Below, piece after piece: positions 1-9,966 of a stretch of DNA of 64,000 nt. The stretch is taken from the NCBI GenBank assembly GCA_963848735.1, contig CAWKEP010000010.1, positions 305,083 through 369,082 of the forward strand, in the 5' to 3' direction. The position numbers and the translations under genes were made by a program. The notes beneath the pieces were generated by a model that ran no database searches, had not been told where the DNA came from, and saw only the letters and a list, made by a program, of their open reading frames with translations. Position 1 is the first letter of the stretch, and every line of letters begins with the position of its first letter. This stretch comes from Bryobacterales bacterium (GTDB lineage: Bacteria > Acidobacteriota > Terriglobia > Bryobacterales > Bryobacteraceae).

Positions 1-1475
1 TGGATACGGGTGAAGTGGAACTGGTCGCTACCAAGCTTTGGATTTTGAACGAATCGCGCACGCCGCCGTTTCCCATGGAAGAAACGGTGGACGTGAAGGA
101 AGACGCGCGGCTGAAATACCGCTATGTCGATTTGCGCAGGCCGCACATGCAGCGCAATATCATGCTGCGATCGAAGATCAGCTTCGCGGTGCGCGAGTTT
201 TTGTACAGCCAGGGGTTTCTGGAGATCGAAACGCCGTTCATGGGGCGATCGACGCCGGAGGGCGCGCGCGATTATCTGGTCCCCAGCCGCGTGCAACCGG
301 GATCGTTCTATGCGCTGCCGCAATCGCCGCAGATTTATAAGCAGCTTCTGATGATCAGCGGTTACGAGAAATATTTCCAGATCGTGCGCTGTTTCCGCGA
401 TGAGGATTTGCGGGCGGACCGGCAGCCCGAGTTCACGCAAATCGATCTGGAGATGTCGTTTCCGCAGCAGGAGCGCGTCTACGAAGTGATCGAGCCGATG
501 CTCCAGCGCGTGTTTGAGGCAGCGGGCTTCGAAGTTCCGAAACAGTTCCCGAGGCTCACGTATGCGCAAGCCATGCGGTCCTACGGCATCGACAAACCGG
601 ATCTTCGGATGCCGCCATTCTATGTTTTGGACGGAGAATCGTGGCAACTCGGCTTAACATTTCCGCCGATTGCGATCCATATTCCGAAGACCGGCGCACT
701 GAGCCGCAAAGAACGGGACGAATTGAAGGAGTATGGAACTCAGCGCGGATTGCGGGTCTATGACGATCTGAAGAAGTTGGATCCCAAGCTGGTGGAACAG
801 GCGCGAGCGGCGTCGGGCGCGGCCGAGGACGATCTGCTGTTGATCGCCGGATGGCCTGGGCCTCCGCAAGGGCAGCGTCCCGAAGAAACGTTCTACCTGG
901 CTTGCGGGCAGCTTCGCCTGTTTGCCGGCCAGAAATACAACGACCGGCACAAGCTGCTGGATCCGATGAATTTCAAGCCGCTTTGGGTAGTGGATTTTCC
1001 GATGTTCGAATGGGACGCGGAAGAAAATCGTTGGTTCGCGGCGCACCATCCGTTCACTTCGGTGCATGACGAGGACATCGATAAGTTGACCAGCGATCCG
1101 GCGCGCTGCCGCGCTAAATCGTATGACGTAGTGTTGAATGGCACGGAACTGGGGTCCGGGTCCATCCGTATTCATCGCCGCGACGTGCAGGCCAAGGTTT
1201 TCAGCGCGCTTGGATTCTCGGACGAAGAGGCCAAGAAGCGGTTCGGATTTCTCCTGGAAGCGCTGGAGTATGGCGCGCCGCCGCATGGCGGAATCGCGCT
1301 GGGGCTGGACCGTCTGGTGATGATCCTGGCGGGCGAGACTTCGATTCGCGAGGTGATTCCATTCCCGAAAACGGCACGCGCCACGGATCTGATGAGCGAA
1401 GCGCCTTCCACTGTTTCCGATCGGGTGCTGCGGGAACTGGGCATTCGGATCGCGGGGCCCCCGGCGAAACAGTAG
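1..1475 (+). CDS. aspS: aspartyl-tRNA synthetase, 5'-truncated by the window edge
   Basis: The frame is open to position 3. Class IIb aaRS motifs are present: [57 protein letters not shown]. Confidence 0.95.
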   Translation, partial: DTGEVELVATKLWILNESRTPPFPMEETVDVKEDARLKYRYVDLRRPHMQRNIMLRSKISFAVREFLYSQGFLEIETPFMGRSTPEGARDYLVPSRVQPGSFYALPQSPQIYKQLLMISGYEKYFQIVRCFRDEDLRADRQPEFTQIDLEMSFPQQERVYEVIEPMLQRVFEAAGFEVPKQFPRLTYAQAMRSYGIDKPDLRMPPFYVLDGESWQLGLTFPPIAIHIPKTGALSRKERDELKEYGTQRGLRVYDDLKKLDPKLVEQARAASGAAEDDLLLIAGWPGPPQGQRPEETFYLACGQLRLFAGQKYNDRHKLLDPMNFKPLWVVDFPMFEWDAEENRWFAAHHPFTSVHDEDIDKLTSDPARCRAKSYDVVLNGTELGSGSIRIHRRDVQAKVFSALGFSDEEAKKRFGFLLEALEYGAPPHGGIALGLDRLVMILAGETSIREVIPFPKTARATDLMSEAPSTVSDRVLRELGIRIAGPPAKQ

Positions 1476-1481
1476 AGTGGA

Positions 1482-2184
1482 ATGATGCCGGCGGTAACGA
1501 TTGAGGGCGTGTGGAAATATTACGGCGACTATCCGGCGCTGCGCGACATTTCCTTCAGCGTGGATGGGGGCGCGTGTCTCGCGCTGATCGGCCGTAACGG
1601 CGCGGGCAAAACAACGCTGCTGCGTATTCTTGGCGGGCTTTCGAAAGCTGCACGCGGCCGTGTTTCGATTCTTGGCAACGACACGCGCTCCGGCGCCACC
1701 CGGCAGCGGATCGGGATTTTGGGGCATGGCATCGGCGTCTACGAAGAGCTGTCGGCGTTCGAGAATTTGAGCCTGTTCGGCCAGCTTTACGGCTTGGACG
1801 ATCCGCGCCGCACCGCGACAGAATGGCTGGAGCGAACTGGTCTGGATCGCGTCCGTGATGGCCTGGTGCGCGAGTTTTCCCGCGGCATGCGGCAGCGTTT
1901 GGCGATCGCACGGTGTTTCCTGCATCGAGCCGTCGCTGCTGTTGCTGGACGAACCGTTTACGGCGCTGGATGACCGCGCGATCCAGGTTCTGCAGGATCT
2001 GCTGAAATCGGCGCTGGCGGCCGGGCGAACCATCATGATGTCGACGCACCAACTGCGGGAAGCGCTGGAGCTGGCCACCGATGTGGCGCTGATCAATCGC
2101 GGCAAACTGGCTTATCGGGGGCCACGCACCTGGGAAATGTTGGAAGATCCCGGCTGGCTGTATCGTCATTACGGAGAGGCATGA
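1482..2184 (+). pseudogene. ccmA: haem-exporter-type ABC ATPase CcmA, frame broken once near 1925
   Basis: Walker A GRNGAGKTT and signature SRGMRQRLAIA lie in ORF 1482..1973. Walker B LLLLDEP and the rest lie in ORF 1855..2184, in a different frame. ATGA start/stop overlap with the next gene (ccmB). Confidence 0.8.
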
Positions 2185-2889
2185 GGTTTCTGCGCCAGAA
2201 GTTTCTGGGGCAAACATTTCTGCGCCAGACATTGGCGATTGCCGCCAAGGATCTGCGCTCGGAAATTCGCGGCAAGGAGGCCGTGAACGCTTCGGTTTCC
2301 TTCGCGCTGGTGATCCTGCTGCTTTTCAGCTTCGCTTTCGATCTGGAACCGGAGCAGGTTCGAGACATCTCGGGCGGGCTGCTATGGCTGATTTTCGCCT
2401 TCGCCGGCACTCTGATTCTGAATCGCAGTTTTGCGCGTGAATTGGTGAACGATTGCCTGGACGCGCTGCTGGCCTCCCCCGTGGGCGGGGCGCAGTTGTT
2501 CCTGGGAAAATGCATCGCCAACTATGTGTTGATCATGGTGGTGGAATGCATCAGCCTTCCGGTGTTCGCCATTTTCTATAATGTTCGCTTGCCGCAACGC
2601 CTGGCGCTGCTGTTCGTCGTGATGCTTTTGGGCACCTGGGGGATTACCGTGATCGGAACGATGTTCAGCGCCATGACCGTGAATCTGCGGTTGCGCGAGC
2701 TGATGCTGCCGACGCTGATTTATCCGATGTTGATTCCGGCTTTGATCGGCGCCATTGAACTCAGCCGGGTGCTTGATCACGGGCGGGCCGCTGGCCGAGA
2801 ACCTGTTTTGGTTTCGCGTTTTGGCGGCGTTCAACGTCATCTTCACCATTTTGGCTTTAGCTTTGGTAGAAATTGTTCTCGTGGGGTAA
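2181..2889 (+). pseudogene. ccmB: haem exporter membrane protein CcmB, frame broken near 2785
   Basis: Polytopic CcmB-like sequence. After ...IELSRVL the expected C-terminus ITGGPLAENLFWFRVLAAFNVIFTILALALVEIVLVG* reads in the +1 frame and stops at TAA 2887-2889. The track ORF 2181..3575 is an artefactual CcmB-CcmC fusion. Confidence 0.8.
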
Positions 2890-2891
2890 TT

Positions 2892-3575
2892 ATGCGTTTG
2901 AAAATCATCCTGACTCTATCCGTGCTGGCCGGTGCGATTCTGGCTTGGAACCTACATCGCATTTTTCTGCAGGTTCCGGATGAAGCCAACCAGGGCGCCA
3001 TCTTCCGCATCATCTATTTCCACGTGCCGGCCGCGATCACGTCGTTCACGGGATTTTACCTGGCGATGTTTGCGGGCGTCGGCTATCTGATTACCAGAAA
3101 CTTACGCCTGGATTCCATCGCCGCATCCATCAACGAAGTATCGCTGGCCTTCGCCACCATCACGATCTGTACCGGAAGCATTTGGGGCCGGATCATCTGG
3201 GGCATCTGGTGGACCTGGGACGCTCGGCTGACATCGTACTTCGTGTGCCTGCTGATCTACTTCGGTTATTTCATGCTGCGCCGCGCGATTGACGATCCCA
3301 CTGCGCGCGCGCGGCTGTCGGCGGTGTTGTCGATATTCGCGTGCGTGGATATCGTGCTGGTCTGGAAGTCGATTGAGTGGTTCCGGACCCAACATCCTGG
3401 GCCGGTTCTAGAAATCCGCGGTGGCGGCGGCATGGCGCCGGGGATGGAAGCGCCGTTGTGGTGGAATTTTCTGGCGATGCTGATGCTGTCGACGGCTTTG
3501 ATACTGATCCGTACGCGGCAGGAAGCCATGAAACTCGAGATCGATGCGCTGCGGCGTCACGCACACGCTTTCTAA
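2892..3575 (+). CDS. ccmC: haem exporter / haem lyase subunit CcmC
   Basis: Internal ATG at 2892 directly after the ccmB stop. Trp-rich haem-handling motif WGIWWTWDARLTS. Multiple TM helices. Confidence 0.9.
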   Translation: MRLKIILTLSVLAGAILAWNLHRIFLQVPDEANQGAIFRIIYFHVPAAITSFTGFYLAMFAGVGYLITRNLRLDSIAASINEVSLAFATITICTGSIWGRIIWGIWWTWDARLTSYFVCLLIYFGYFMLRRAIDDPTARARLSAVLSIFACVDIVLVWKSIEWFRTQHPGPVLEIRGGGGMAPGMEAPLWWNFLAMLMLSTALILIRTRQEAMKLEIDALRRHAHAF

Positions 3576-3584
3576 GGAACCATC

Positions 3585-3746
3585 ATGAGTTCAGACAACA
3601 ACACGTTCATGTTTCTTGGCTTCACGGTCGCCTGGTTGATCGTGATCATTTACGTGATCTCGATCGCGCTGCGCGAGAAAAAGCTGCGCCAGGAGCTCGA
3701 TCGCGTGAAACGCATGGTGGAGGAAGGCGAAAGTACCCGGCGCTAG
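3585..3746 (+). CDS. ccmD: CcmD-like small membrane protein (53 aa), below the ORF-track length cutoff
   Basis: My translation is MSSDNNTFMFLGFTVAWLIVIIYVISIALREKKLRQELDRVKRMVEEGESTRR*. It has one TM helix and a charged tail. AAGGAA lies 6 nt upstream. It sits directly after ccmC. Confidence 0.6.
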   Translation: MSSDNNTFMFLGFTVAWLIVIIYVISIALREKKLRQELDRVKRMVEEGESTRR

Positions 3747-3768
3747 CTGACTATGCTTAGCTAACCAG

Positions 3769-4588
3769 TCAGCAGGTCACTTCCGGACGGCAATTGATGC
3801 GCACGCCGGCAACGTTTCCGACACCGCGCGTCACGTAGACTTGACGCCCATTCCATTCTTTCAAGCCGGCGATGAAGCGCTTGTCGCGAACCGGCACGAA
3901 GCGCTCACCGACGAATGGCAGCACCACTTGGCCGCCGTGCGTATGGCCGCTCAACATCAGATCCCAAGGGCGATCGGCCAGCACATCTTTGGTATCGGGA
4001 TTGTGCGCCAGAAGGATGGCGGGGGCGTCGGCCGCGACGTCGGTAAACGCGAGATCACCGTCCACGCCTTGGCTCCAAAGATCGCCTACGCCGGCAAATC
4101 GAACGGATTGATCGCGAACTCGAACGAGCTTCCGAGCGATTGTGCAGGAGTGAAACATTGCTGTCGCGCAACAAGTCGCGAATCACCGAACTGTCCGAGA
4201 AGCCGCCGATCTGCTCGGCCCAAGTGCCTCCGTCGTGATTGCCCAGGCTGCCGAATACTGGCGCGGCGCTGGATAGCCGGCGAAGAATACGCGCGTATTC
4301 CGCGTCGTCAAAGGGAGCCGCGTTGGTAACGAAATCGCCAGTCAGGCAAATCACGTCAGGCTTGGCTTCCAGGCCCATCTGGACCGAATTTTCGATCAGC
4401 GAGAACGGGACGGATGACGAAGCGTGAAAGTCGGACAAATGCAGAATCCGAACGCCGGTGGTGAGACGCTGGCGCGGCAATTTTACTCGATGGATGGTGC
4501 GTTCCAGCCAATTGGGCTCAACGCCAAAGGCATACACCGGCGCCGAACCAACCACCGGGAGTAAAGAAAGGAGTTTCCTGCGGGTCAA
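3769..4588 (-). pseudogene. calcineurin-like metallophosphoesterase (YaeI-like) with signal peptide, frame broken near 4145
   Basis: Motifs ILHLSDFH, GDFV and GNHD are in ORF 4055..4588. GHTHGGQV is in ORF 3769..4158. The two halves join at ...DSNVSLLHNRS / ARKLVRV.... Confidence 0.8.
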
Positions 4589-4638
4589 ACTATTCTATTT
4601 TCGCACGCGGAACGTGCTGGCGCATAGTTACTGACGTT

Positions 4639-5572
4639 CTAGTACGCGTTCCCCGCAATTGCGTCGACGAAGGCCCGCGGGATGGGCCATGCCCCATAGA
4701 CCTGGCGATCGTCGCGGCGGAATGTTCCCGCCACCAGAACCCCGCTCAAATCGGCTGGATCGGGCTTGCGATGATCCTTGGAAGATATCTCGCGCAGGGC
4801 GGTGGTAACGCCTTCAAACTGGGTTAACAGTGCGGAGGCCGCCGGCGTGTCTTTGCAAGTCACGTGAACCCCGAGTTGCAGTTGTTGTTTGGCGTCCGCG
4901 CCGATGCTGAACACGATCTGGTCGGCCCCTTGTAGTGCCGGCACGAAAGCCTTGGCGGCCGCGGGCAGGGAATCCATGCGCTGTAGCGCGATGGAGGGAA
5001 TCAGAGCCCATACCGGTTCTTGCGGTGGCGCGAGCGTCAGTTTTACCGACTGACTGCGTCACTTGATACGCCGCGAAATCGTCCGGACTGATGGCCATCG
5101 CGAGCACGTCGTGCTTCAAGGGATAAAACGAAATCCGGCGATTGGGTTGGCTGCCGGCGACCACGCAAAATTCACCGTGACACGATCCGCCTTGCCGCGC
5201 GGCATAGTCCCTCAGATTGTTCCAATGAAAGCGCCCGCGCAGAGCGAAGAAAATCTTGCCGTCCTTGAAGGCAGCGGCGATCGCGTCTAAATCCTGGCGA
5301 TAGTCGAACTTCGTTTCCTTGACGAACTGCAGATAATCGCCGTCTTCCGCGGCCTTGGAACCCGCCACCAGGTTGAGAATGCCGGAGCGCCGCATGGAGT
5401 CCACGTCGATGTACAGCAGTGTTGCGTTCGCGGCGGGCAGCAGGGCCAGCAGATCGCCCGGCTGCGCGGGGCCATGCGTTCGATGAAACCAATACGCGCC
5501 CGCGCTGGCCCCGAGAGCGCCGATGGCCACTATGAGCGCGATAATCTGCCGGGGATGAAGGCGGACGCGCAC
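4639..5572 (-). pseudogene. hypothetical N-terminally anchored protein, frame broken near 5040
   Basis: ORFs 4814..5572 and 4639..4977 join as ...QSVGK / LTLAPPQEPVWALIPSIALQRMDSLP.... The break sits at an A4 run (ggtaaaactgacg). No recognisable domain. Confidence 0.5.
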
Positions 5573-5582
5573 TACGGGCAGG

Positions 5583-6624
5583 TTACACCGCCGCGGCAGT
5601 CTCTGTCACGCGCGATTCTTTCCACAGATCGATGTAGGGGCGAAGCGATCGCATCAGGGCCTGGAATTGCGGCATGTCCAACGATTGCGCGCCATCGCTC
5701 ATGGCTTTTTCGGGCGCCGGATGCACTTCGATAATCAGCCCGTCGGCGCCGATGGCGACGCCAGCGCGTGCCAGCGCAGGAACCAGGCTGCGCTTGCCGG
5801 TGGCATGACTCGGGTCAAGAATCACGGGCAAATGGGTGAGTTCGTTCAGCACAGCCACGGCCACGATGTCGCAGGTGTTGCGCGTCACGGTTTCGAAGGT
5901 CCGGATTCCGCGCTCGCACAGGATCACGTTGGGGTTGCCGTGCGCCACCACGTATTCGGCCGACATCAAGCAGTTCCTTGATGGTGGAGCTCATGCCGCG
6001 CTTCAGCAATACCGGCCGGTTGCACTTGCCGAGCGTTTTGAGCAGCGCGAAATTCTGCATGTTGCGCGCGCCGATCTGCAGCACGTCGGCGTAATCGGCG
6101 ACCAGGTCCACATCGCGATCGCTCATCACTTCGGTGATGATGCTCAAACCGGTGGCGCGCTTGGCTTTGGCCAAAAGCTTCAGCCCTTCCTCTTCCATGC
6201 CCTGGAAATCATAGGGCGAGGTCCGCGGCTTGAAGGCTCCACCGCGCAGCAATTTCGCGCCGGCTCGCGCTACGCCTTCGGCAGCCTGCATGATCTGCTT
6301 TTCGGATTCCACCGAGCAGGGCCCGGCCATGACGATGAACTCGTCGCCGCCGATCTCGCAACCGTCCACGCGGATTCGCGTGCGTTCGGTACGGTACTCC
6401 TTGCTCACGAATTTGTAAGGGGCAGAGATGCGCACCGCCTTCTCTACCTGTGGCATGGCCTCCACGGATTCCAGGCAGGCGGTGGTGTCGCCGGTGCCGA
6501 CCGCGCCGATCACGACGCGCTCTTCGCCCTCGATGGCGTGGATCTTGTAGCCGAAGTCCCGAATCCGTTCACACACTTGCTCGATCTCCTCTTTGCTCGA
6601 GTGGAGTTTCATCGAGATGATCAT
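5583..6624 (-). pseudogene. aroF: 3-deoxy-7-phosphoheptulonate (DAHP) synthase, type I-beta with an N-terminal regulatory domain, frame broken near 5975
   Basis: [29 protein letters not shown] and [11 protein letters not shown] are in ORF 5815..6624. [19 protein letters not shown] and GLIIEVHP are in ORF 5583..5969. An ACT/ferredoxin-like ~70-aa N-terminal extension is present. AGGAGA RBS before ATG 6624. Confidence 0.85.
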
Positions 6625-6639
6625 GGTTCTATCTCCTCT

Positions 6640-6670
6640 AAAAATGAAAAACCCACTCTTTCGAGTGGGT
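6640..6670 (-). terminator. intrinsic terminator hairpin immediately upstream of the aroF RBS (attenuator terminator)
   Basis: Minus strand reads ACCCACUC-GAAA-GAGUGGGU (8-bp stem, GNRA-type loop) followed by UUUUCAUUUUU. Then come AGAGGAGAU (RBS) and ATG 6624. Confidence 0.75.
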
Positions 6671-6717
6671 TGCTTTTTCTAATCAGTATTGCTTAAGCCA
6701 ACGCCACTCGCCCCGAT

Positions 6718-6771
6718 TCAGGCGCTAAACCAGTACCAAAATCGAAACGAGTTGTGGGCGCTACGACGCAT
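6718..6771 (-). CDS. 17-codon aromatic-rich leader peptide MRRSAHNSFRFWYWFSA*
   Basis: atg cgt cgt agc gcc cac aac tcg ttt cga ttt tgg tac tgg ttt agc gcc tga. Six of seven consecutive codons are Phe, Trp or Tyr. It lies 47 nt upstream of the terminator stem and upstream of DAHP synthase. Confidence 0.6.
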   Translation of the reverse strand: MRRSAHNSFRFWYWFSA

Positions 6772-6779
6772 GAAGCCTT

Positions 6780-6809
6780 AGTATATGCAGAAGTCCGGGT
6801 CGGGCGCAA
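6780..6809 (-). promoter_or_regulatory. candidate sigma70-type promoter for the leader/aroF transcript
   Basis: Minus strand TTGCGC (6809-6804), 18-nt spacer, TATACT (6785-6780). Only 8 nt separate the -10 from the leader ATG, so the transcript may be leaderless. Motif match only. Confidence 0.3.
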
Positions 6810-6826
6810 GGGCGGGCGTTCTGGGG

Positions 6827-7108
6827 CTACTTCGAGGCTCTAACCACCTCTACTATCACTGCGGTTGCAAAAAAAGCTCCGCCGAGCACCATCAGCAAGA
6901 ACCAAACGGATGACAGCGCACTATCCGGAAACAGGTCCTCGTAAAGACGCCGAATTTCGGAGAGGTGCATGCGACACTCGATAAGGGGAATCCTCTTGTT
7001 CGCCGGCAGAACTTTATTGAGTTCGATCGCCATGCGAAAGAATAGCCCCCAGCCTGTCAGGGAGACGGCCACGCCAACCAGAAACAGACCGAGCGATATC
7101 TTATTCAT
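6827..7108 (-). CDS. hypothetical small membrane protein (2 TM helices)
   Basis: 93-aa ORF with hydrophobic N- and C-terminal helices. The local region is visibly more AT-rich than its surroundings. Confidence 0.5.
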   Translation of the reverse strand: MNKISLGLFLVGVAVSLTGWGLFFRMAIELNKVLPANKRIPLIECRMHLSEIRRLYEDLFPDSALSSVWFLLMVLGGAFFATAVIVEVVRASK

Positions 7109-7126
7109 GCCCGGACCTCATCGGAA

Positions 7127-7297
7127 CTAACTCTCTTGTTCGAAGATGATGCCGTCCAGAATTGCCATTTCTTCGTCCGTGAAATCCGCGAAGGCCGCCC
7201 TATATGAAGCGAGTTTACTTTCACCGCGGACGGCATCCGCGCTCGGGAAGGCCTTGCCAGAGGTCGCCGCGAGTTCATCTGTCGCCATAGATATCAT
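7127..7297 (-). CDS. hypothetical small acidic protein (56 aa)
   Basis: GGAGG lies 4 nt upstream of ATG 7297 (MISMATDELAAT...FTDEEMAILDGIIFEQES). The longer track ORF start at 7390 has no RBS. No recognised domain. Confidence 0.4.
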   Translation of the reverse strand: MISMATDELAATSGKAFPSADAVRGESKLASYRAAFADFTDEEMAILDGIIFEQES

Positions 7298-7401
7298 CTT
7301 ACCTCCACGATCCAAAATCGCTCCGAGCTTGGTCAACCGTGGACGGCGGCCCTCCAAAGGTGAAAGAATATGCGGTGGCCTAGCTGCCAAAAAGAATCGT
7401 C

Positions 7402-8201
7402 ATGAAAACACTCGTGGCATTGACTATTTTGACGACGGCGTTACTTGCCGGGCAGGCCCCCGTCCAGCCGCCCGCGCCGGCACGGCCTGTTAACAAATTC
7501 CTGATTAGCCGTTCCGTTCCGGATCCCGCGGCGGTGGAGCGCGGACAAAAGATTTTCTCCGCCAACTGCGGCTTTTGCCATGGCGCCAACGCGCAAGGGG
7601 GCGACACTGGGCCGGATCTGGTGCGTTCCCCGCTGGCACTTGACGACGAACGCGGCGATAAGATCGGGCCCGTGATCCTGCAGGGGCGGGCCAGCAAAGG
7701 CATGCCGGCTTTTCATTTGCCTGCTGAACAAATTCAAGATATCGCCGCATTCCTGCGCTCGCGCCAGCAGGCCGCCATCGATCGCAGCGCGTACACGATT
7801 CTCAACGTCGTCACCGGGGATGCTCAAAAGGGCCGGCAATACTTTAACGGTGAAGGGCGCTGCAACACTTGCCATTCGCCCAGCGGAGACCTGGCCGGCG
7901 TTGCCAAGAAATACGATGCCGTTACGTTGCAATCGGTTTTCTTATACCCGCGCTCCGCTCCGGTTCACCCTCAGGTCACCGTCATGCTCGCCCCGGCCAG
8001 ACTTTCTCCGGCACGCTCGATTACTTGGATGATTTCAACGTCTCGCTCCGCGATGGCGCCGGCGAATATCATTCGTTCGCCCGTGATGCGCAGGTCAAGG
8101 TGGAAATCCACGATCCACTGTCCGCTCATGCCGATTTACTCAAGAAGTACACCGATGCCGATATGCACAATTTGCTCGCTTACCTGGTGACGTTGAAATG
8201 A
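7402..8201 (+). pseudogene. dihaem c-type cytochrome with signal peptide, frame broken near 7990
   Basis: Two CxxCH motifs (CGFCH, CNTCH). The C-terminal part (...GQTFSGTLDYLDDFNVSLRDGAGEYH...LLAYLVTLK*) is in ORF 7869..8201. ATGA overlap with the downstream PQQ dehydrogenase. Confidence 0.8.
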
Positions 8202-9769
8202 AGTTCACGCTGACCGCGTTCTCGCTCATCGGACTCTCGCTTTCGGCGCAAGGGCTGGATCCCGGGCTGTTACTGAAACCGCCAACCGACGCTTGGCCCA
8301 CTTACAATGGGGATTACTCGGGACGGCGCTTCAGCCCGCTTGCGCGCATTAATTCATCGAACGTTACTTCGATGACTTTGGCCTGGGAATATCGTCTGGA
8401 TCCTGGCACCGGAACGCTGACCTCGCCGATCAAAGCCACGCCGCTGGAAGTCAACGGCGTCCTTTATTTCACGCTTCCCGATCATGCCTGGGCCGTGGAC
8501 GCGCGCACCGGCCGCCAGCTTTGGCATTACCAATGGACTTCGCATGGCGGCATTCACATCGGCAGCCGCGGTTTCGGAATGTATGGGGACTGGCTCTATT
8601 TCGAAACGCCCGATAACTATCTGGTATCGCTGAATGCCAAGGATGGCTCCGAGCGCTGGCATGTTCAGATCGCCGACGTGAATCAGGAATACTTTTCCAC
8701 GCCAGCGCCCATCGTCATCCGCAATCACATCCTGGTCGGCGTGGGTGGCGATTCGCTGGACGTTCCCGGCTATCTGGAATCGCGCGATCCGGAAACCGGC
8801 CAGGTGCAATGGCGCTGGAACACCACGCCGCGCAAAGGCGAGCCGGGCGCTGAAACATGGCCGAATCCGGAAGCGATGGAACACGGCGGCGGCATGACCT
8901 GGGTGCCCGGCACTTACGATCCGGTTCTTAATCTGTACTATCTCGGCACCGGGAATCCGAATCCGGTGATGGCGGGCCAAGGCCGCAAGGGGATAATTTG
9001 TGGACCTGCTCCATCGTCGCTTTGAATCCGGATACGGGCAAACTGGCCTGGTATTTTCAGGCTTCGCCGCACGATACGCACGATTGGGACGACGCCGAAA
9101 CGCCCATTCTTATTGACGGCCAGATCGATGGACGGCCGCGGAAGCTGCTGGCGCAAGCCAGCCGCAACGGCTACTTTTTCGTGCTGGATCGCACCAACGG
9201 CAAGAACATCCTGTCGAAGCCGTTTATCGATATCAATTGGTCCAAGGGCCTGGACGCGCAAAGGGCAGCCCATCGGCAATCCGGACAAGGAGCCCAAGAC
9301 GGACGGCACGCTGGTGATCCCGGCACAGAACGGCGCCGCGAATTGGCCTTCGCCCAGCTTCGATCCGGAAACCGGCCTGTTCTATGTGAATGCGTCATCG
9401 TCCTATAGCCTGTTCTATCTCACTGACACCGACGATAAGCCGGAAGGCTACGGCGGGCGTGACACGGGTGTTTACGCCACGGTAGCGCTGAAGGCTATCG
9501 ACTACCGCACCGGCCAAATTCGGTGGACGCACGACTATAATCGGGGCGGACCCATTATCGGCATCTTGACTACCGCGGGAAAGCTGCTATTTACCGGCGA
9601 TCCTTCGGGCAATTTCATCGCTTTCGATCCGGCCAACGGAAAAATTTTGTGGCACGCGCATCTCATCAGTACGGTGAGCAACGGCCCGATGACTTACGAG
9701 CTGGATGGCCGCCAGTACGTCGTGGTTGGCGCCGGAGACAGCTTATACGCTTTCACGCTACTGCAGTAG
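8198..9769 (+). pseudogene. PQQ-dependent beta-propeller dehydrogenase (quinoprotein alcohol/sugar dehydrogenase-like), two frame breaks (~8995, ~9262)
   Basis: Three ORFs (8198..9025, 8998..9408, 9113..9769) join into one propeller protein: ...GTGNPNPV..., NLWTCSIVALNPDTGKLAWYFQASPHDTHDWD, SRNGYFFVLDRTNGK, AIDYRTGQIRW. Confidence 0.8.
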
Positions 9770-9966
9770 GAGTAGTAGAGCCAGAACCTTAGTCTTCGTG
9801 TTCATACGACCACACTTCCGTAAAAGTTACACGTATTTTCTACGCAGAAAACAAATCGTTATCACGTAAGTCCCTGTTTCGCATTGCTAATTCATTTGGA
9901 ATCTGTTTTGCTTCTCTAAGATCGTGACCGGATGAGTTTCTCCGGCATGGCTCAAGGAGGATGTTC

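Noticed and set aside
654-2105. Long antisense ORFs with Arg/Ala/Pro/Gly-rich translations. Examples: 654..2105(-), 21192..21989(+), 29749..30720(-), 36176..36811(-), 41596..42498(+), 50604..51680(-), 54966..55811(+).
   Set aside because: Each lies entirely opposite a gene with clear conserved motifs. They have the low-complexity composition typical of shadow ORFs in GC-rich DNA. None has start-site support.
2181-3575. Apparent 464-aa CcmB-CcmC fusion protein.
   Set aside because: The CcmB C-terminus (…ENLFWFRVLAAFNVIFTILALALVEIVLVG*) and its TAA stop are present in the +1 frame. ccmC has its own ATG at 2892. The 'fusion' is caused by a single indel near 2785.
3747-3768. Hairpin CTGACT-N14-AGTCAG between convergent ccmD and the metallophosphoesterase gene, considered as a terminator.
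   Set aside because: It has only a 6-bp stem with a 14-nt loop and no U-tract on either strand, which is too weak to call.
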